A stretch of DNA of 64,000 nucleotides from Octopus sinensis. Its lineage: Eukaryota. The notes beneath the pieces are model-generated. The model saw only the letters and a program-made list of their open reading frames with translations. It was not told the DNA's origin and made no database searches. The stretch lies in the NCBI RefSeq assembly GCF_006345805.1, contig NC_043006.1, positions 67,890,001 through 67,954,000 of the forward strand, given 5' to 3'. Position numbers and translations under genes: made by a program. Below are positions 27,179-41,100 of the stretch, piece by piece (within the stretch, counting starts at the first letter, position 1; every line of letters starts with the position of its first letter).

Positions 27179-27502
27179 CAGACCATCTAACCCATGCCAG
27201 CTTGAAAAATGGATACTATATGATGATGATGAAATGTATATAAGTACACACACACACATATATATATATGTCTCTCACCTTTATTTACTAATTAAACAAT
27301 AGCTCATTAGCACAAAAGACACACTTCTGTTTGTTATTTTTCCTCCATTTTCTTTGCATCTATATGAATTAAACTACGGTTACCACTAAATTACCTGCTG
27401 CTACATACCTTTTAGCAAGGAATATACCTACTGAGGTAATTACCAGAAGTGTCTTTGGATATATCTGTCCCTTAGAGGGTTTAAACACCTCTAACTTATA
27501 CC

Positions 27503-27534
<32 letters not shown>

Positions 27535-27626
27535 AGGGGTTCAACGTTGAACTATGGTCTGTCTATAGCACTTATTCAGCATTACCTGACACCTTTGGGT
27601 CTCAATGACACCATTATCTCTTATAT

Positions 27627-27671
<45 letters not shown>

Positions 27672-27943
27672 TATATATTAACATGTATTACCTTGAGCTT
27701 TGACATGTTACTTTCAGCAAACACCTGTGATGTCTATTGCTGCCTCTTTCTCTTGTTTCTCTTCTGTCTCTTCTTTCTTTCCTGTTTTGATCCTGTGGAA
27801 AACACCGAAATATGCTTGTGATCTTCTTCACTGCAATAACCATGAGAAAAAAGTTTCTCAATCCATCTGTGGTTGTTGTTATTGTGTCCTCCTACCATAA
27901 TCATCACCCTATCACCAACACCACCACCACAGCCACCACTTCT

Positions 27944-27981
<38 letters not shown>

Positions 27982-28009
27982 AATCAGCCTTCCATTTGTA
28001 ACCTATTCT

Positions 28010-28410
28010 CTTTACTCTTTTATTTGTTCCAGTCATTTGACTGTGGCCATGCTAGAGCACCGCCTTTAATCGAGCAACTCGACCCCGAGACTTATTCTTT
28101 TGTAAGCCCAGTACTTATTCTATCAGTATCTTTTGCTGAACCGCTAAGTAACGGGGACATAAACACACTAACATCGGTTGTCAAGTAATGCTAGGGGGAC
28201 AAACACAGACACACAAACACACACATGCATACATATATATATACATATACGACGGGCTTCTTTCAGTTTCCGTCTACCAAATCCACTCACAAGGCTTTGG
28301 TCGACCCGAGGCTATAGTAGAAGACACTTGCCCAAGGTGCCATGCAGTGGGACTGAATCCGGAACCATGTGGTTGGTAAACAAGCTACTTACCACACAGC
28401 CACTCCCACA
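28010..28410 (-). mobile_element. tRNA-derived SINE (same family as 52146)
   Basis: Reverse-complement similarity along the full length. Confidence 0.85.
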
Positions 28411-30420
28411 CCTATTGTTGCATCCAATTCTCTTTTTCTTTCAACTTAAGGCTATTTGAAGGTGTGTGGGCACACTGGGCAGTTGTCCAAGGGCCTCACA
28501 AGTCTAGGGACCCAATTCTGATCTTTACATGTACAGGCTTGCTGTCAATAACTAAATACAATAGGACTGTATTTATTTGCCCAAGGGTCTATAAATACTA
28601 TTAAGTCAGCCCTGTCTCAAACCCTGTGGTATTTCTGCCTCCAAACCCTGCTACATCCAACTCTTCAAACTCCACACTAACAGTCTCACATTTATTAATT
28701 TCCAGCCTTCTTCTTCAATCTAGCAATATTTCCTTCAGTTCTTGCTAGGTTTGTAAGCCACTGACAACCTGAAATTCTGTATTTAAAGAAAAACAACCTG
28801 TTTCTTTTTATTGATTCTCTATTGTCTAACAAAGCCATATTTCAATGTTTGTCAATATATATTTTGTGTGAAGATCATTGAGCTTAAACCAGTCAGCATG
28901 TGTAGATACACAGATATATATATGTATGTGTATATGTGTGTGTGCATGAGTGTGTCTGTATACATGAATATGCATGAGTGTGTGCTTATGTATATGGGAG
29001 GGAATCTCTGTGAATATATTTGTACTTGTGTAAAGGTAAAAGTGAAGACATTTACAGACCATATGTTTTTTTACTGTATTAAATCATTTTTCAATCCTAG
29101 TAAGTGGTTGAAGGGAGGTGTCGTTTTTGCTGGAGCAATTGTTTGTACAGCTCTATGTTCTTGCTACTATGAATCACTCAGCTGTGATTGTTGGGGAGCA
29201 GTTTGTCAGCCAGACAAACTGAACAAGTGGTAATTCTCAGTGGGAAGCATAACAGTCCATAAATATGTATCTTACTGTGACATCATTCACAACATAGCTC
29301 AGTGTGGCATTGTCCATAAAGAGAATTTCTCTTCCAAGACAGTTACACATCTTGAGTGTACATGGATATGTTAATAATAGTTACTCAGTATGCTTGTAAC
29401 TATTTAATGAGTTGATCATCATCATCATTTAATATCCATGTTCTGTGCTAAAATGGGTTGGATAGTTTGACAGGATCCAATGAGTCCAAAGACTGCACCA
29501 AGGTCCAATGTCTGCTTTGGTATGCTTTCCATGGCTGGATGTCCTTCCTAATGTTAACCAATTAACAACATGTATGGAATACATTTTCCATGCCACCAGC
29601 ACTATTGAGATCATGGAGTTTGCATAATCACTAATCCTAAAAGGAGGTGGCTTTGTACTAGAAGATGAGAGACAAAAGTATAAAAGAAAGAATGGAGCAG
29701 AACAGGGTTTTTGCTGTAGAGGAATTACAAGGCCATTCATATTATAGAAGATAGAGTAGGAAGGAACAGGCTGAGACTGGAAAGAGATAAAAATAGGGGT
29801 GATGAGGTGTGAGTGTGGAGAGGTGAGTAGATATGGATGGGGTCCATAACAACTAGGAATGTGGATGGGTAGAGTGGAAGGTGGGAGGGAAATATAATGA
29901 ATTAAGAGCAATTGTTAGGAGATAAGAAGGGGAGGTAGGGAAGAGTAAATGACAGCTATAGAACTGGATAAGGTTGAGGGCAGGATGTATTGAATTGTGG
30001 ATAAGAGGTGGAGAGTGGCAAACAATGCATATAAATTTAGGGTTGAAGAGCAATTGAATAGTAATGTTAATATAGTAGACATAGGGAGGATGAGAGAGAG
30101 AGAGAGACAGAGATGTGTGTGGATAGATAGGTTGTAGGAGGGGTGGGGGGAGAGAGAAAAGCAGGCACAGTACATTGGGAGAGTAGGGTGAAGGAGAAAT
30201 AATTTGCTGGCTCAGAAGGATGATCAGTGTAAAGTGTGGGTGGAGAGGACAGGGCCAATGATGAAGAATGAACATCAACTGAAATGTTTCTGGGTAGGGA
30301 GAAAGGTAAGTAGTACCAGAGAAAAGCTGCAGTTAGAAGTATGATGGGTGGGGGACATTTCTTAAGGAGGAAATAACACAAAGGGTCCAGTTATGTATAT
30401 ATATATATATATATATATAT

Positions 30421-33400
30421 CATCATCGTCATCATCATCGTTTAACGTCCGTTCTCCATGCTAGCATGGGTTGGACAGTTCGACCGGGGTTCTGGGAAGC
30501 CAGAAGGCTGCACCAGGCTCCAGTCTAATCTGGCAATGTTTCTACAGCTGGATGCCCTTCCTAACGCCAACCACTCCGTGAGTGTAGTGGGTGCTTTTTA
30601 TGTGCCACCTGCACAGGTGCCAGGCGAGGCTGGCAACGGCCACGGTCAGATTGGTGTATTTTATGTGCCACCGGTATGGAAGCCAGTCGAGGTGGTGCTG
30701 GCATCGGCCACGAGTCGGATAGTGCTTTTTACATACCACCAGACCAGGGATCCTGGCTGGTTCAATTCGATTTCGATTTTGATTTCGATTTCGCTTGCCC
30801 CAACATGTCTTCACAAGCAAAGGGGGTTGGCATGGGTGCCTGTCGTACGGTTGCATTGGAGTATTTTACGTGCCACGGCCACGAGTCGGATAGTGCTTTT
30901 TACGTACCACCAGGCCAGGGATCCTGGCTGGTTCAATTCGGTTTCGATTTCGCTTGCCCCAACATGTCTTCGCAAGCATGGGGGGTTGGCATGGGTGTCT
31001 GTCATCGGATGAGGTTCTATATCGACTTCGCTTGCCTCGACAGGTCTTTGTGTCCAAGGGAGGAAAGGCATTCATATGTGGGCTGGGCTCACTTGTCCTG
31101 CCTGGTCTTCTCACGTACAGAATATTTCCAAAGGTCTCGGTCGCTGGTCATTTCCTCAGTGAGGCCTAAAGTTCGAAGGTCGTGCTTCACCACCTCGTCC
31201 CAGGTTTTCCTGGGTCTACCTCTTCCACGGGTTCCCTCAACTGCTAGGGATTGGCACTTTCTCTCACACCTATCTTCATCCATTCTCGCCACATGACCAT
31301 ACCAGCGCAATCGTCTCTCTTGCACACCACAACTGATGCTTCTTAGGTACAACATTTCTCTCAAGGTGCTAACGCTCTGTCGAGTATGTACACTGACATT
31401 ACACATCCATCGGAGCATACTGGCTTCATTCCTCACGAGCTTACGCATGTCCTCAGCAGTCACGGCCCATGTTTCGCTGCCATGTAGCATGGCTGTTCGT
31501 ACACACGCATCATACAGTCTGCCTTTTACTCTGAGCGAGAGGCCTTTAGTCACCAGCAGAGGTAAGAGCTCCCTAAACTTTGCCCAGGCTATTCTTATTC
31601 TAGCAGTTACACTTTCAGCGCACCCACCCCCACTACTGACTTGGTCACCTAGATAACGGAAGCTATCAACTACTTCTAGTTTTTCCCCCTGGAAAGTGAC
31701 GGAAGTTGTTTTCTGCAGATTTTCGGAGGTTAATGCACCCGAGCATCTGCCACATACAAAAACTATCTTCCCAGTTAGCCTACCTTTGACATTGCTGCAC
31801 CTCTTATGTGTCCATAGCTTACACTGGGTACATCTTATAGAGTTTCTACCTACACCTTTTCTACAGATCGAGCAGGGCCATCTTCCTGAAGACATTTGTG
31901 GATTGTCTACCTTCCTACTTATTAGTACTTTGGTTTTAGCTAGGTTGACTCTAAGGCCCCTTGATTCTAAACCCTCCTTCCACACCTGGAACTTCTCCTC
32001 CAGTTCTGATAGTGACTCAGCAATAAGAGCAAGGTCGTCAGCGTAGAGGAGCTCCCAGGGACAGCCTGTCTTGAATTCCTCCGTAATTGCCTGGAGTACT
32101 ATGATAAATAGGAGGGGGCTGAGTACTGAACCCTGGTGGACCCCAACCTCTACTTTGAATTCTTCTGTGTACATGTTGCCAACCCTAACCTTACTTACGG
32201 CATCTCTGTACATGGCTTGCACAGTCCTCACCAGCCATTCATCTATCCCTAGTTTCCTCATTGACCACCAGATAAGGGATCGGGGGACCCTATCAAAAGC
32301 TTTCTCCATGTCAACGAAAGCCAGGTACAGGGGCTTATCTTTGGCTAGGTATTTCTCCTGCAGCTGCCTTACCAGGAATATAGCATCAGTGGTACTTTTC
32401 CCTGGCACGAACCCAAACTGCATCTCATCTAAACTAACTCTCTCTCTAATTAGTTGGGCTATGACCCTCTCCGTAACCTTCATTACTTGATCCAACAGCT
32501 GATACCTCTGTAATTATTTGTATCTAGGGCATCACCTTTACCTTTGTAGCAGTTGACTAGTATGCTGCTGCACCAGTCATTGGGTATGACTCCTTCGTGT
32601 ATCACCTGGTTGACTATACGGGTGACTAGGTTATAGCCGACACTGCCAGATATTTTGAGCATCTCTGCAGTAATTCCTGATGGGCCTGGGGCTTTCCCTG
32701 TCTTCATGCTTCTAATTGCCTTAGCTACCACGGAACTATCAACTCGGATAGCTGGTCCCTCTGTAGGGTCAACATTCGGCAGACTCTCTTTATCCCATTC
32801 ATTTTCCTCATTCAGCAACCTTTCATAGTGGCGTCTCCAAGCTTCTCTCTTTGCATCCTCATTTAGCGCAAGTGAACCATCCTCCATGCGAACACATTTC
32901 TCTCCTACCACATCACGAGTCTCTCTCACACACTGTCTTGCAACACGAAATACCTCAAGTCTTTCATCCTCACGGCGCAGGACATTGGCAAATTTTCTCT
33001 TATCTGCTTCCCCTCTGGCTAGATAGACCTGTCTCCTAGCTTCCCTTCTGGCAGTCTGATACCCTTCCCTGCTACCACCATTCTTCCAGGCCTTCCAAGC
33101 CTGTTTCTTTTGTCTAATAGCCCTGTCAACAATATTGTTCCACCACCATGTTATTTTGGGTCTTAAGGGGACTTTGCACCAGCCACAGATCTGGTCAGCG
33201 GCTTTCAGCAGGTTGTCCCTCAGAAACGTCCAGTTGTCTTCTACCCCATGTGTAGCTGTACCCCCTTCCACTTCGTCAAAGGCTTCAAGTAACATATCTC
33301 TAAATCTCTGTCCATTCACAGGGTCTTTAAGCTTCCAGACCCTTCTTCTCCATGTTGGTCGTCTTCTAGTCGCCCTCTTAGTCCTGATCCTAAAGTCACT

Positions 33401-34116
33401 AACTACCAGTCTATGTTGTGGGGTGCATTCTTCGCCTGGGAAGGTTTTGGCATTTATAAGCAGCCATCTTTCCCTTTTTCTGGCAAGGATGTAGTCGATT
33501 TGGCTAGTATGCCGGCCCGATCGGTAAGTGACCAGGTGGCTTGTTGGTTTCCTGAAGTTAGTGTTGCAGACCATAAGACTATTCGCATCGCAGAACTCCA
33601 GCAGCCTGGTTCCCTCCTCGTTGTGGGAACCATAACCGTAGCCTCCATGTACGCCATGGAAGCCCCCAGCATGTCGTCCAACATGCCCATTGAAATCACC
33701 AGCCACAAAGAGAAGGTCCCTGTCGTTCGTCAATGAGGTGGTCTGCAGTAGGATGTCATAGAAACTGTCTTTCTGTCCATCGGGTAGCCCTGGCTGAGGG
33801 GCATAGGCCGATATAATGGTTGCTAATCTATTATGAAGCACTATTCTAATCTTAAGTATTCTGTCACTTACTCTGATTACCTCAATTACTCTATCTATCC
33901 ATTTCTCAGCGATAAGTATACCCACGCCACCAACCCCGTCAGTGTTCCCTGCCCAGAAAATCTTGTACTTGTGTTCCTTGCCTGTGAGTAACCTAGCAGA
34001 TCCTCCTCTCCACCTTATTTCTTGCATACAACATACATCAACACGTCTCCGTTCAAGCATCTCGACTATCTCGCCAGACCTACCTTTCAGTGTGACTATC
34101 TCGCCAGACCTACCTT

Positions 34117-34117
<1 letters not shown>
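30421..34117 (-). mobile_element. RTE-clade LINE, slightly 5'-truncated, with one frameshift
   Basis: APE endonuclease (QE, SAYAPQ, GDFNGHVG, QIDY) plus RT (GVHQGSVLSPLLF, LYADD) and an RGRGRPRKTW C-terminus, in ORFs 32483-34243 and 31089-32495. The 3' UTR ends in (GAT)n. Flanked by (TA)n. Confidence 0.96.
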
Positions 34118-34155
<38 letters not shown>

Positions 34156-34568
34156 TACAGTTCTTCCATAACTGTTTCACTGCATTGGGCAGAACTTCTT
34201 GAGAACCACATATTGCCATTTTCTCTGTTAACTTCAAGGTCAAGACAGGAAACTGACCAGGTTATAAGAACCATCCTGAAACCAAAGGCAATATAACGAT
34301 TCTTTTTAATTTTGGCACTTGGCCAATGGGAGTGAAGGGGACATGTTGATTACATCATCCTTAATACTTAATTGGTACTTTATTTCATCAACCCTTTTGG
34401 GATCAGTAAAATAAGTACCAGTCAAGCACTGGGATCAATGTAACCAACTATCTCCCTCCCCAAAATTTCAAGCCTTGTGCCTATAGTAGAAAGAATGATT
34501 GTTATCATTATTATTATTATTATTATTTTATCACTATCCCTCCTCCCCCCTCGCCGCCTCCTATATAC

Positions 34569-34612
<44 letters not shown>

Positions 34613-35399
34613 TATTATTATTGTTATTATTATTATTGAATGAGAGAGCAGTGCATGCCATCAAAATGACACTGGGGTAAATATAGTAACCCATCCTGCT
34701 CAAAAGGTCCCTGAAAAAGGATTGTTTAAGGATGTTGAATGAACCACCCATGTTTCCAGAGGTGAATTATTCAAACCCAAAGAATTCCTCTCAAAACATG
34801 GCTATGATGCTCCCCCACTACTTCTGCTTGTGATCAGAGATGCACATATCGTCAGCCACTAAGAGACATGCTATAGTGGTTAAGGTCAAACAACTGACAA
34901 GCAAATCTGTGGTATTGAGCAGAATATTTGCTGTAGCCCATCTTTTATACCAAGACAATGTACATGACAACACTTCTAATCAGTTAAGATCAGAAGCCAT
35001 GAGAGCCATTGCCTGGTACTGCGTAAGATGGCAAATTAGCAGAATTATTAGCAACGTTTCTTCTGGCTCTTTATGTTCTGAGTTTAAATTCTGCCAGGAT
35101 TGACTTTGCTTTTCATCCTTTTGGGGTCAATAAAATAAGTAGAAGTTGAACACTAGGGTCGATGTAATCAACTTACCCCACCTCAGAACTGCTGGTTTTG
35201 TGCCAAAATTTAATATCAATATTATTATTTTTAAGACTTACATCACCTGGAGAATCTTACCTATCAGTGCAACTCTTGAGAGACCACATGTATTTTATAA
35301 TACATTCAACCTTTCCCACCTTCCAAAATTCAATTAACCTTTCTGGTCCCTTGTCAAAAGAATTCTCACTGCCTTTGCAGAGTCCTCTTTCCCTCCTCT

Positions 35400-35803
35400 T
35401 CTAAATAATAATAGCTCTATAAACAGAATTCCCACAGAGAAAACCTCCGGCTTCACTGCCCACTTTGAAATCAGTTCCAAACAACACTTCCTTGGCCAAC
35501 CCTCTCCAGATCTACACCATTTCACTTCACCATGCTTTCCAACCTATATGCATATATGCTAAGGGTAGAAATACTTCCAGTTGCTTCAAATAAACAAGGT
35601 TACCAACCTAGACAGTTTCCTTTCCTTAAACACCAAAACTTACTCCAATACCAAATTATGGATATATTCTGACTCCTCAGTGTGTCTCATTTCAAAGGAA
35701 GACATTTCCTCAGACACAGCCAACTATCATCCTATTACTCTCATCTCAAGCATCTCTAAGGCAGTGACAGCATCCACTAACAATGACCCTCTCCAATACT
35801 ATG

Positions 35804-35834
<31 letters not shown>

Positions 35835-36480
35835 AAAGTGATCACCAGTATGGCTTCTGCAGAGCTAAATCCACTCTCTTATGTCCCTTATTAGTGGGCT
35901 CTCATGCTGGAGAAGTTCAGTAAAAGCAATGTTGTTGACCTAAATATCAGCAAAGACTTTGACTGTGTTTGGAATACAAATCTCCAGTCAAACTTCCTGC
36001 TTACAGGCTCCACCAATTTCTCTGGCAGCTCCCTATCAAATCATACCATTGTGGCAGCATTGCCAGAGCTCTTTCACCTCCACTCTCAGTCAATTCTACT
36101 GTTCCCCAGAGTTTGGTTTTATCACCCACTCTCTTCCGCCACCACATCCAACAACATTCACTCTTATGTAGGATGACATGACTCTTCATTCCTCCCTAAC
36201 TTTCTCAACCATGCATCATTTATATGCAAACTAGACACCATACTCCAAACCTGTATTGATTTTATAAATAGAGACCTTGAAAGCATCCTCCAGAGCAACC
36301 GTATTGATCTCATTTCTTAAAAAAATAATCAAAAAAGCTGAAGTACAACTCATATCAAACAAACTCCACTGTACCACACATCCACTAAATATGAGCAGAA
36401 CTTCGCTAGAGACCCCACACGCATCCCAAATCTTGGAACTTGCTATCATTAAGGATTTATCAATAGGATAAGATCAATAG
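35400..36480 (+). mobile_element. Decayed CR1/L2/Jockey-group LINE RT remnant
   Basis: Fragments ANYHPITLISSISK, HQYGF and LNISKDFDCVW in broken frames. Confidence 0.65.
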
Positions 36481-36509
36481 AATGAGTGCCAGACTTTTAA
36501 ATAAGCACT

Positions 36510-36792
36510 TGGAGCAAGGTCGTTGCCAGTGCCACTGGACTGGCTCCTGTGCAGGTGGCACATAAAAAACACCATTTGAGCATGGCTGTTGCCAGTACCA
36601 CCAAACTGGCCCTTGTGTAAAAGCACCCACTATACTCTCAGAGTGGTTGGCATTAGGAAGGGCATCCAGCTGTAGAAACTCTGCCAGATCAGATTGGAGC
36701 CTGGTGCAACCATCTGGTTCGCCAGTCCTCAGTCAAATCGTCCAACCCATGCTAGCATGGAAAGCGGACGTTAAATGATGATGATGATGATG
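36510..36792 (+). mobile_element. RTE 3'-UTR-only fragment
   Basis: Same 3' tail motifs and (GAT)n. Confidence 0.85.
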
Positions 36793-38069
36793 ACTAGGAT
36801 TAATTTGTTCAACTAAATACTTCAATGCAGTATCCCAGTATGACCGCAGTTCAAAACAGCTCAATGACTGAAGCAAGTAAAAGGTACAAAATCAGAGCAT
36901 TATTTGCTCTAAATGCAGATGTTTTGGTGGCTTATCAGACGTCCTTGGGTTTCAGGGTTTCAGTTGATGTTCATTCTTCATCATTGACCCTGTCCTCTCC
37001 ACCCACACTTTACACTGATCATCCTTCTGAGCCAGCAAATTATTTCTCCACACCTACTCTCCCAATGAGAGAGCAATGCATGCCATCAAAATGACACTGG
37101 GGTAAATATAGTAACACATCCTGCTCAAAAGGTCCCTGAAAAAGGATTGTTTAAGGATGTTGAACGAACCACCCATGTTTCCAGAGGTGAATTATTCAAA
37201 CCCCAAAGAATTCCTCTCAAAACATGGCTATGATGCTCCCCCACTACTTCTGGTTGTGATCAGAGATGCACATATCATCAGCCACTAAGTCCAAGATTTG
37301 TTAGATGAGAACAACACCCAAATAAAGCAGCTGATTGATAGAAAATGAGTGAATTTTCAGTCTTACCAAAATGACAAGAACAATGAATACAAAAGGAAAG
37401 TTTGCCAGAAGGCAAAGGTCAATGTTCAGAAACATTTTCAATAAAGAACAAATGGTAGGTGATCAAAGGACTTGAACTCCAGTAAATGGTTGGTGTGTAT
37501 GACATATTAGGTTCCTTCAATGATATTAAAGCAACCTATATATTGGCTAGTATGGTATTTTATACAATACATATAAACAAAATATGTAAATACAAACACA
37601 TACACACACACATACACTCACACACACACAAGGGGTTACTGAAAAGTTCCTTGCTTTGGGTAAAAGAATATATCAGTTAATTATGACTATATTCAACATA
37701 TTCCACTCTCAGATTTACACACTTATTGCAGTGGTCCACCAGTTAAACAATACAGAGAAAGGTGAAAGGTCATCATTGTTTACAGTTTCACGAGAAGTAC
37801 TGAGTTAATGTTTATTATTTTTAATTAAACAATCTAACGGTAAATAGCTTTGACTCATAAACTGATAAAAATTGGTTTAATGCTAATGTTCCCTCTCCTC
37901 TCCTTCTTCACATTCTTCTTCTTCTTCTTCTTCTTCTTCTTCTTCTTCCATATCACCATCATCATCATCAATATAAACACAAAGCAGATTTAGATTTTAA
38001 CTCAAAGCAAAAATAATTTTTTATTCACCAAATAGGCACAGGTGTGACGGAAACTGAAAGAAGCCCATT

Positions 38070-38121
38070 GTATACATACATACATACATAAATACATATA
38101 TATATATACATATATATATAT

Positions 38122-38182
<61 letters not shown>
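38070..38182. repeat. (TA)n microsatellite, one of many; (ATT)n near 24980 and 34500-34637, (CAT)n near 27945, (CTT)n near 37915
   Basis: Read directly from the sequence. Confidence 0.95.
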
Positions 38183-38185
<3 letters not shown>

Positions 38186-41100
38186 CCTTGACCTCTCTCT
38201 CTAACTAACCCTATCTCTCTCTCTATGTCCCCGCTTCCCTATAACCTCATCGCCATGGTTCTCTATGCCCCCCCCCACCTTCCCAAAACCATCATTGCCA
38301 TATATAAAAGAGCGATTGCATTTATCGTTAACCCCACTCGCTTCAAAATATCTAAAGAAGAATACGCACAGATCATGAATGGCTAAAAGTTAAGTCAATC
38401 GTCCAACCTCGCTACGACTACCTTCTTTCTTGCACTTATCTTTATTCTTTCTCTATTCTTCAATTTCCATCTCATTGTATTGTTCCTCATTCTTTCAGTA
38501 TTTCCTCATTACCCTGTCTAGCTCAAACATTTTTTTTCGTTTAGTCTTGTCTCCCGGTTCATAGCCACTCTGATTTTTCAATTTTTCATTTAGTCTTGTC
38601 TCCCGGTTCATACAAACCCATTTGCTAGCTCATACGATTAACAGAACCTCTTTACTCAGCTTCAGCTACGGTGCACCCGCCCTCCCACCCCCACCACACA
38701 TGCCAGAAGTTCCTATTCTTTGCCATTCCGGGGTTGCTTCCCATGAAGACTGCAAATGCTCTCACCATCCCTACCCCTCCCTACCCCTAGTCTCGACCTG
38801 TGTAAGGTAATGTTCATACAGAGCAAAATATGAAAGGCTAATGTTATGCAGGTTGTACTGAAGGCTACTTTACTACTTCATTACTTGCACATGAATTCTG
38901 CCAAATGCGAGCTTTCTTTTCAGGTACATGAAGCTACTGTCCACCGTCCCAGGGTCTCTAGAGCCCATGCCTCCCACACCCTCAGGGTTGGCACCCTCAA
39001 CGTTGGCACTCTGAAAGGTAGGTCTGGTGAGATAGTCGAGATGCTTGAACGGAGATGTGTGGATAATGTTGCATGCAAGAAATAAGGTGGAGAGGAGGAT
39101 CAGCTAGGTTCCTCACAGGCAAGGAACGCAGGTACAAGATTTTCTGGGCAGGGAACACTGACGGGGTTGGTGGCGTGGGTATACTTATCGCTGAGAAATG
39201 GGTAGATAAAGTAATTGAGGTAATCAGAGTATGTGACAGAATACTTAAGATTAGATTAGTGCTTCATCATAGTTTAGCAACCATTATATCAGCCTATGCC
39301 CCTCAGTCGGGGCTACCCGATGGACAGAAAGACCGATTCTATGACACTCTACTGCAGACTACCTCGTTGACGAACGACAGAGACCTTATCTTTGTGGCTG
39401 GTGACTTCAATGGTCACGTTGGACGACATGCTGGGGGCTTCCATGGCGTACATGGCGGCTATGGCTATGGCTCCATAACGAGGAGGGAACCAGGCTGCTG
39501 GAGTTCTGCGATGCAAATAATCTTATGATTTGCAACACTAACTTCAGGAAACCTACCAGCCACCTAGTCACTTACCGATCGGGCCAACATACCAGCCAAA
39601 TTGACTACATCCTTGCAAGGCAAAGGGAGAGATGGCTGCTTATAAATGCCAAAACCTTCCCAGGTGAAGAATGTACCCCACAACATAGACTGGTAGTTAG
39701 TGACTTTAGGATCAGGACTAGGAGGACAACCAGAAGACGACAAATATGGAGAAGAAGGATCTGGAAGCTTAAAGATCCTGCAAATGGACAGAGATTTAGG
39801 GACATATTACTTGAAGCCTCTGACGAAGTAGAAGGGGATAGAGCATCACAGGGGGTAGAAGACAGCTGGACGTTTCTAAGGGACAACCTGCTGAGAGCCA
39901 CTGACCAGATCTGTGGCTGGTGCAAAGTCCCCTCTCGACCTAGAATAACGTGGTGGTGGAACAATATTGTAGACAGGGCTATTAGAGAAAAGAGACAGGT
40001 TTGGAAGGTCTGGAAAAATGGGGGTAGCAGGGAATTGTATCAGACTGCCAAAAGAGAAGCTAGGAGACAGGTTTATTTAGCCAGAGGGGAAGCAGATAAG
40101 AAAAAATTTGCCAATGTTCTGCGCCATGAGGACCAAAGACTGGAGGTGTTTCGCGTTGCAAGACAGTGTGTGAGAGAGAATCATGATGTGGTAGGAGAGA
40201 AGTGTGTTCGCATGGAAGATGGTTCACTTGCGCAAAATGAGGATGCAAAGAGAGAGGTTTGGAGATGCCACTATGAAAGGTTGCTGAATGAAGAAAATGA
40301 ATGGGATAAAGAGAGTCTGCCGAATGTTGACCCAACAGAGGGACCAGCTATTCGAGTTGATAGTTCCGTGGTAGCTAAGGCAATTAGAAGCATGAAGACA
40401 GGAAAAGCCCCAGGCCCATCAGGAATCACTGCAGAGATGCTCAAAATGTCTGGTAGTGTCGGCTATAGCCTGGTCACCCGTATAGTTAATCAGGTGATAC
40501 ACAAAGGAGTCATACCCAATGACTGGTGGAGCAGTATAATAGTCAACTGCTACAAAGGTAAAGGTGATGCCCTAGATACAAATAACTACAGAGGTATCAA
40601 GCTGTTGGATCAGGTGATGAAGGTTACGGAGAGGGTCATAGCCCAACTAATTAGAGAGAGAGTTAGTTTAGATGAGATGCAGTTTGGGTTTGTGCCAGGG
40701 AAAAGTACTACTGATGCTATATTCCTGGTAAGGCAGCTGCAGGAGAAATACCTAGCCAAAGATAAGCCCCTGTACCTGGCTTTTGTTGACATGGAGAAAG
40801 CCTTCGATAGGGTCCTCCGATCCCTTATCTGGTGGGCAATGAGGAAACTAGGGATAGATGAATGGTTAGTGAGAGCTGTGTGGGCCATGTATAGGGACGC
40901 TGCTAGTAGGGTGAGGGTTGGAAATGAGTACAGTGAAGAATTCCGGGTAGAGGTAGGGGTCCACCAAGGCTCAGTACTCAGCCCCCTCCTATTTATCATA
41001 GTCCTCCAGGCAATAACGGAGGAATTCAAGACAGGATGCCCTTGGAGCTCCTCTATGCTGATGACCTTGCTCTAATTGCTGAGTCGCTATCAGAACTGGA

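Noticed and set aside
26651-27302. YIYI-rich ORFs here and at 42668-42935 and 54824-55547
   Set aside because: They are by-products of microsatellites and palindromes.
30458-31296. 184-aa and 206-aa plus-strand ORFs
   Set aside because: They are antisense to the RTE 3' UTR/C-terminus and have no protein motifs.
34118-34243. N-terminal extension of the 586-aa ORF
   Set aside because: It runs through (TA)n flank (YIYIYI) and is not part of the element.
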